DNA of 64,000 nt, taken from NCBI GenBank assembly GCA_963807165.1, contig CAWDZM010000001.1:641471-705470 (forward strand), written 5' to 3'. Each line of letters starts with the position of its first letter. Within the stretch, counting starts at the first letter, position 1. This stretch comes from an uncultured bacterium. Lineage in GTDB: Bacteria > Patescibacteriota > Minisyncoccia > UBA6257 > 2-01-FULL-56-20. Positions 58,941 to 64,000 of the stretch are shown here, one piece after another. The notes under the pieces were generated by a model that saw only the letters and a list, made by a program, of their open reading frames with translations, did no database searches and had not been told where the DNA came from. A program made the position numbers and the translations under genes.

Positions 58941-59393
58941 AATGATTCCAAACGCATCTGGGTCTGGGTTGGCGTCGCAGTTGTTGTAATCGCACTCGCC
59001 GCATGGCTGATCTGGGGAGTATCGTTAAAGCCAAAGCAGTTGACTGGTCCCGTGCCGGTCTTCGCTCCACAAGGACAACTGACCCCGCAGTTTCCAAAGA
59101 ACTTAATCCTTGATGCACGGGCAGAGGTCAACAGCAGTTATTCCATCGGTTATTCCACGAGCACCAACCAATACACCGCTGAGTGGGTCTCTTCCAGCTC
59201 CCTCGCGACGCTCGACGCCGATTACAAGAATTACTTCGCCGCAAACGGGTGGCAGGTGACGAACAGCAATGCCGTGTCGGCTGTCACCAAGCTCGGCGTC
59301 GTGTATGCCTCGACTTCAACCGCAAATATCAACGTGACCTTGGTCGCCCAGGGCAAAGGCTCAGAAGTGACGATCAGCTACGTGGCGCACTAA
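58938..59393 (+). CDS. membrane-anchored hypothetical protein
   Basis: N-terminal TM, FPK.L and Y..YF..NGW.V. Confidence 0.7.
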   Translation: MNDSKRIWVWVGVAVVVIALAAWLIWGVSLKPKQLTGPVPVFAPQGQLTPQFPKNLILDARAEVNSSYSIGYSTSTNQYTAEWVSSSSLATLDADYKNYFAANGWQVTNSNAVSAVTKLGVVYASTSTANINVTLVAQGKGSEVTISYVAH

Positions 59394-59575
59394 GGGAGTG
59401 CTATTTAAACATGTTTTGCAAGGCTTTTAGCGGTTTTTCCGCTGATTTGACATATATCTAGAATCCTGCTATACTGATGACAGCATGATCGCAGACCATC
59501 GTGGTCTTGCGTCGACTCGGTTCCATGCGAATCGAGCCACACTTAACAAGTGAATTACGGAAAAAGGAGAAACCC

Positions 59576-61645
59576 ATGCACAGCAGCTCTAATACTGCTT
59601 TGTCGTTTGCGTCCGGGCTGCGTAGCCTGGGCGTCGCCTTAACTCTTCTTGCCATCGCCACCCTCGCAACCACCGGTTGCGGCGGCAGCGGAACCACCGG
59701 AGGTCATGTCCAGACAACCCCGACTATCACGTGGCCTACGCCCGCGGCAATCACCGCTGGCACAGCACTCAGCTCAACACAGCTGGATGCCACGGCAAGC
59801 GTTGCCGGATCGTTCGTCTACACTCCCGCAGCTGGTACAGTGCCCGCAGTGGGAACACAGACGCTTTCGGTAACTTTCACGCCGACGGACACAACGGACT
59901 ACACTTCTGCAAGTGCCACGGTACAAATCGTGGTGAATGCAGTCGTGAAGACAACCCCGACTATCACGTGGCCTACGCCCGCGGCAATCACCGCTGGCAC
60001 AGCACTCAGCTCAACACAGCTGGATGCCACGGCAAGCGTTGCCGGAACGTTCGTCTACACTCCCGCAGCTGGTACAGTGCCCGCAGTGGGAACGGATACG
60101 CTTTCGGTAACTTTCACGCCGACGGACACAACGGACTACACTTCTGCAAGTGCCACGGTGCAAATCGTGGTGAATGCAGTTGTGAAGACCAACCCGACCA
60201 TCACGTGGCCTACGCCCGCGGCAATCACCGCTGGCACAGCACTCAGCTCAACACAGCTGGATGCCACGGCAAGCGTTGCCGGAACGTTCGTCTACACTCC
60301 CGCAGCTGGCACAGTGCCCGCAGTGGGAACGGATACGCTCCTCGCAACCTTCACGCCGACGGACACTACCGACTACAATTCGGTGACGGCCAACGTTACG
60401 TTGACCGTGATTCCGGCGACGCCGACAATTACGTCGATTACGCCACGGTATGTGGTAGCGGATACATTCTCGTATTTTGTGAACTACACGGTTACGGGTA
60501 CGGGATTCCAGAACGGGGATAATGTCCATGACGAAAGCGGAATGTTTACCCCAGATATCAGCCTCGCCGGTTTGGCATCGGGTGCAACAAGCTTTGGGTT
60601 GACGCTTCAGTGGCAGCCAGGTTCTTACGAACCATGGTTTTCCAATTGGGAAGTACAGCATCCGAGCGGTGCGTATGGCAATTCATCAGCCACCGCATTC
60701 TTCGGCTCTGGGAGCCAGAGTACACTCGCAGATTCCGCGTCTACAGGGACAATGTTCCAAGTGGAAGAGAAAACCGGACAAGTTCACCTGTTTAAAACGG
60801 ATGGGACAACAGGAATTCTTTTCCCCATTACGCAAACAGCCACACCCACGGCTATCGCGATCGATGACACTACTGGGGATATTGCCTATCTTTTCACCAG
60901 CAAGAATGACATCGCTGTTTATACCCCGAGTGGAACACGGGTATGTGATGTCACTCCCAATATAGCCTTCGTCTCAAGCATTTCGGCTAAGGGTGGCTAT
61001 ATGGTCTTCACCGACCCGACGGACAACCTTGTTGGTATCGCCAAGATGGACTGCAGTGGGTATCACACGATTCCTGTTACCGGTCAACCCTGGGCAGTCT
61101 CGATGGCGAATAACGGCGGCGTGCCGTATGCCGACGTTATCTCTCGGGATAAAGCATCGGCAAATGGTTTGCCGATGCTCACCGAAGTGAACGTCCTTAC
61201 CGGCGTCACTGCGGGAACAGTGGAGCTTACCGGCTTCACCCCCGTCAGCACTGTTCGTGCGGAGAATGCGTACCAAGGGTTGTATCAAGTGCAGGCATCC
61301 AGCCTGTCGTCGACCGTTGCTGTACTCTCCACATCCGACAACTCCGTGCTGATCATCAACGCCAACACGATGACGATCACGCACACCGTTTCGGTTCCGG
61401 AGATTCCCTTCGGCATTGCCATGCAGGACAGCGCAGACCCAGTGGTATGGGTCGCGTACATCTTGGCAAGCAGTGGCGAAGCAGTGACGCACATCGGCGC
61501 AATTGATTCGACGACGGGGAATTACACCTCCGGCGTCGGCGAGTGCCAGGCGGGCATCCTTGCAGGCGGATTCGTCGCGAACTCCAATGGCGTCTACTGC
61601 GCCATGGGATCAACGATCGCCGCTCCACTTGTTCTTCAACCGTAA
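59576..61645 (+). CDS. lipoprotein-like surface protein with three tandem Ig-like (MBG-type) repeats and a beta-propeller-like C-terminus
   Basis: SD AAGGAG, hydrophobic signal ending TTG/CGGSG and three 79-aa repeats TPTITWPTPAAIT.GTALS..QLDATASV.G.F.YTP. Confidence 0.8.
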   Translation: MHSSSNTALSFASGLRSLGVALTLLAIATLATTGCGGSGTTGGHVQTTPTITWPTPAAITAGTALSSTQLDATASVAGSFVYTPAAGTVPAVGTQTLSVTFTPTDTTDYTSASATVQIVVNAVVKTTPTITWPTPAAITAGTALSSTQLDATASVAGTFVYTPAAGTVPAVGTDTLSVTFTPTDTTDYTSASATVQIVVNAVVKTNPTITWPTPAAITAGTALSSTQLDATASVAGTFVYTPAAGTVPAVGTDTLLATFTPTDTTDYNSVTANVTLTVIPATPTITSITPRYVVADTFSYFVNYTVTGTGFQNGDNVHDESGMFTPDISLAGLASGATSFGLTLQWQPGSYEPWFSNWEVQHPSGAYGNSSATAFFGSGSQSTLADSASTGTMFQVEEKTGQVHLFKTDGTTGILFPITQTATPTAIAIDDTTGDIAYLFTSKNDIAVYTPSGTRVCDVTPNIAFVSSISAKGGYMVFTDPTDNLVGIAKMDCSGYHTIPVTGQPWAVSMANNGGVPYADVISRDKASANGLPMLTEVNVLTGVTAGTVELTGFTPVSTVRAENAYQGLYQVQASSLSSTVAVLSTSDNSVLIINANTMTITHTVSVPEIPFGIAMQDSADPVVWVAYILASSGEAVTHIGAIDSTTGNYTSGVGECQAGILAGGFVANSNGVYCAMGSTIAAPLVLQP
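59714..60420 (+). repeat. intragenic tandem repeat, 3 x 237 bp
   Basis: Units start at 59714, 59951 and 60188 and are nearly identical at the DNA level. Confidence 0.95.
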
Positions 61646-61658
61646 TTCAAACAAACCT

Positions 61659-61699
61659 TGGCCCGGATCTTCCTAAACAGGAAGCCGGGCCATTCTTTT
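61659..61699 (+). terminator. intrinsic terminator
   Basis: GGCCCGG..CTTCCT-AAAC-AGGAAG-CCGGGCC followed by ATTCTTTT. Confidence 0.65.
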
Positions 61700-61706
61700 A
61701 TCTATA

Positions 61707-61754
61707 ATTATCCACAACCCCCATTTTCGGCACATCTGTTAGTATTAAGGTATG
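61707..61754 (+). repeat. DnaA-box/promoter cassette, copy B
   Basis: ATTATCCACAACCCCCATTT..CATCTGTTAGTATTA..TATG. Confidence 0.7.
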
Positions 61755-64000
61755 AAAAATTTAAAGAGATATTATCTGGTGGCCATAGTATCCTTGGTGG
61801 TGGTAGGCGTAGCGGGCGTAGCATTGGCTATTAATAATCCCGGAAATACGTATACCAATACCATCCCGCCCATTATTACTGCGAGTGCCACCCCAAATTC
61901 TTCAGCGAGTACGGTAGAAGTGAGCGGGACCATCACCGGACTCGCAGAGCAGTATGGTCTTTCAGGTGTTTGTGTTTCTCCTAACTTCACCGCCACGGCA
62001 AATATCGCAAGCGGATTAGGAACTACCGGGTGGAGCATTGACTCGACCTCTTTATCGGGAGCATTCGCACCAACCCAAACGCAACAAGGGGTATCTACCA
62101 TACAGTGCTCTCATTTTGATTACTACGGGAATTACTCGACCGAAGATGAAATGTTATCGAATATCAATGCTCTTCCAACGAGCACCAACTCGCGTTATCA
62201 AAATTATGAATATAGTTTTGACTTTCCGGTTGACGTGAGTTCATTGAGCGCAGGAAATTATAACCTGGTGCTCCAGGTGGATTCTTCCGGCGTTGTTGCA
62301 ACGACATCTATTCCCATCACGGTAACAGCCTCTGGCGCAGAATCCTTTACCCCGATGGTGGTATCTCCAACGGCTACGTACGACGCATCAACCCAAACGG
62401 TAGCGTTGGGGGGAACGATAACGGACGGAACGGAAACATTCACTACGCAGGCCGTGTGTGTTGGAACTACGCCGAATGTGTATACCGTGACCGGTCCGCT
62501 CCACCCCGGCGGGTCAACATGGTCTGTCATCAATGCTTCCGGTGCAACGCTTATGAACGGACCTGCTTCGTACGCGCCTGCCACCACTACAAACACTGTC
62601 TTTGGATACGTGTGCCAGGGAACCAGCCGCCAGACAGCGTTGACGGATTCTGATCCGTATTACTTCAACACTTCAATTGATGCCTCCGCTCTTCCCGCAG
62701 GGAGTTATACGTTAAAGGTGGTAACCACTCCTATCTGCGTTCCTTCCTTTGGATCCGCAACTTGTTCGCCAATGCCTCCGGTTGATACCGAGGATGTTCC
62801 GTTCACCGTTCCTTCGCCGAGCGCGCCTTCGTCCACAAACGCAGGGATTATTACGGTGACATCGGAGAATGCGCAAAACCCTTCAGTGTTGGTTCCGGCA
62901 TTGTGGGATCTGGCGGGCAATGTAACAAATACTATAAATGGTATTGTCTGTTCTGCCGCGTCTGCGATTGGCACCACGGGAAATATTTCGTGGAATGGTG
63001 TTCCATGCTCGGGGGAGCGGCAAGTGTACTCAGGGCTTCCTAATAATAGTGATAACTATGTTCTCCCGGACGCCACAACAGCAGTGCCGTATTATTCTTT
63101 TAATTCCATCAAAGAGACTCCGATTGCACAAAAAGAAAATACAAGCATCTTCGGGAAATTAGGAATTTCGTTGGATAATATTTTTAGCACGATTGCTAAT
63201 GCATATGATATTTCTCCCGCAGGCTCACAAACATTAACGGCCACGATTCCGAGTGCTGCGTTTACCATTCTCTGGACTCCGGATGCAGGTATGCAAATCA
63301 ATCCTGCTGCCGTGACACTTGACTCATCCAGTTCGCCAAGTCAAACAATCACAATAACAGATGATGGCGCGCCTGGTTCAACCCTTACGTGGACAGCCTC
63401 AGCAAACACCACGAGCGGTGGCAATTGGTTGAGCGCTCCTTCGGGTGGCTCTGTCTCGTACGGCGCTCCAGGCAGCGCGACTATCTCATATGTTCCGCCA
63501 TCGCCTACGCTTGCGAATGGGATGTATTCCGGGACGGTGACGTTTTCTGGATATGATGCAGCTAGCACGAATAAAGTCGCAACCATCTCAGCTGCTGTGA
63601 CCCTCAACGTCACAAACAGTAGCAATCCCACCAGCACGCCTTCTAGCACTCCGCCGATCATCCCCAATTGCAATTCGACTAGCGTTCCCGTGAATGGAAC
63701 TGTTGATTGCACTCCGGGTGGCGGGCCTGGTCCTGGATATTATTGCACTGTCACCGGCGGAGGAACGGTTGATAGTAATTGCGACTATACCGCGCCGCCG
63801 CAGCCAGGACAGAGCATCATTAACATCTGCTCCACCCAGCCCGGCTATACGAACGACTGCGATTCGACGACGATCACCGTGACGCCGCCGACGTTGCCCG
63901 CGTGCCAATCGTCCAGCTGTCAGGTTTCTTGCGGTCCGCTCACCGCATCACCTGCGCAGATCGTCGTTCCGGAATCGACCGATCTACAGGATAGCTGTTC
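61752..64000 (+). CDS. large secreted Ser/Thr/Cys-rich surface protein with Ig/BACON-like domains (runs off the window)
   Basis: Manual translation MKNLKRYYLVAIVSLVVVGVAGVALA... is open to the edge. Contains TLTWTASANTTSGGNWLS...GMYSGTVTF. Absent from the ORF track because it has no stop. Confidence 0.8.
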   Translation, partial: MKNLKRYYLVAIVSLVVVGVAGVALAINNPGNTYTNTIPPIITASATPNSSASTVEVSGTITGLAEQYGLSGVCVSPNFTATANIASGLGTTGWSIDSTSLSGAFAPTQTQQGVSTIQCSHFDYYGNYSTEDEMLSNINALPTSTNSRYQNYEYSFDFPVDVSSLSAGNYNLVLQVDSSGVVATTSIPITVTASGAESFTPMVVSPTATYDASTQTVALGGTITDGTETFTTQAVCVGTTPNVYTVTGPLHPGGSTWSVINASGATLMNGPASYAPATTTNTVFGYVCQGTSRQTALTDSDPYYFNTSIDASALPAGSYTLKVVTTPICVPSFGSATCSPMPPVDTEDVPFTVPSPSAPSSTNAGIITVTSENAQNPSVLVPALWDLAGNVTNTINGIVCSAASAIGTTGNISWNGVPCSGERQVYSGLPNNSDNYVLPDATTAVPYYSFNSIKETPIAQKENTSIFGKLGISLDNIFSTIANAYDISPAGSQTLTATIPSAAFTILWTPDAGMQINPAAVTLDSSSSPSQTITITDDGAPGSTLTWTASANTTSGGNWLSAPSGGSVSYGAPGSATISYVPPSPTLANGMYSGTVTFSGYDAASTNKVATISAAVTLNVTNSSNPTSTPSSTPPIIPNCNSTSVPVNGTVDCTPGGGPGPGYYCTVTGGGTVDSNCDYTAPPQPGQSIINICSTQPGYTNDCDSTTITVTPPTLPACQSSSCQVSCGPLTASPAQIVVPESTDLQDSC

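Noticed and set aside
59714-60420. CRISPR array or DGR template/variable repeat pair
   Set aside because: The units are contiguous in-frame 237-bp coding repeats with no spacers, and there is no cas or reverse transcriptase gene in the window.
45951-61716. Replication origin inferred from TTATCCACA boxes
   Set aside because: The boxes are single and dispersed (45951, 58893, 61708), with no cluster, unwinding element or dnaA/dnaN nearby.

Overview
This window looks like chromosomal DNA from a Patescibacteria (CPR, Parcubacteria-like) bacterium. That assignment is inferred from the short rpsA, tandem-domain thyX, VirB2-like pilin array, peptidoglycan-binding S-layer-like gene, tRNA-Arg(GCG) and pervasive leaderless genes. 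It holds housekeeping genes (rpsA, gyrA, rpsO, pnp, recA, ftsK, iscS, clpB, HU, dcd-thyX-tmk), four tRNAs, a complete comF/type IV pilus locus and several orphan genes. A few genes (one pilin, xer, the S-layer gene, comF) carry indels that are most likely long-read errors. The most unusual element lies at 23.2-23.7 kb on the minus strand. A promoter-driven 71-nt tRNA-like RNA has a T-arm, G3-U70, an encoded ACCA end and a 12-nt loop in place of the anticodon. That loop region is complementary over 17-24 nt to the 5' end and Shine-Dalgarno site of a second, separately promoted short transcript. The second transcript's 22-codon ORF runs through its own terminator, just upstream of an HTH gene and recA. 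Other notable items are a two-copy cruciform element with a covarying core and locus-specific arms, a recurring AAGGTCG leader motif, a candidate ncRNA upstream of HU, an ORF6N-derived palindrome in the pilus operon, a pilin-amidase fusion and an apparently foreign repeat lipoprotein.
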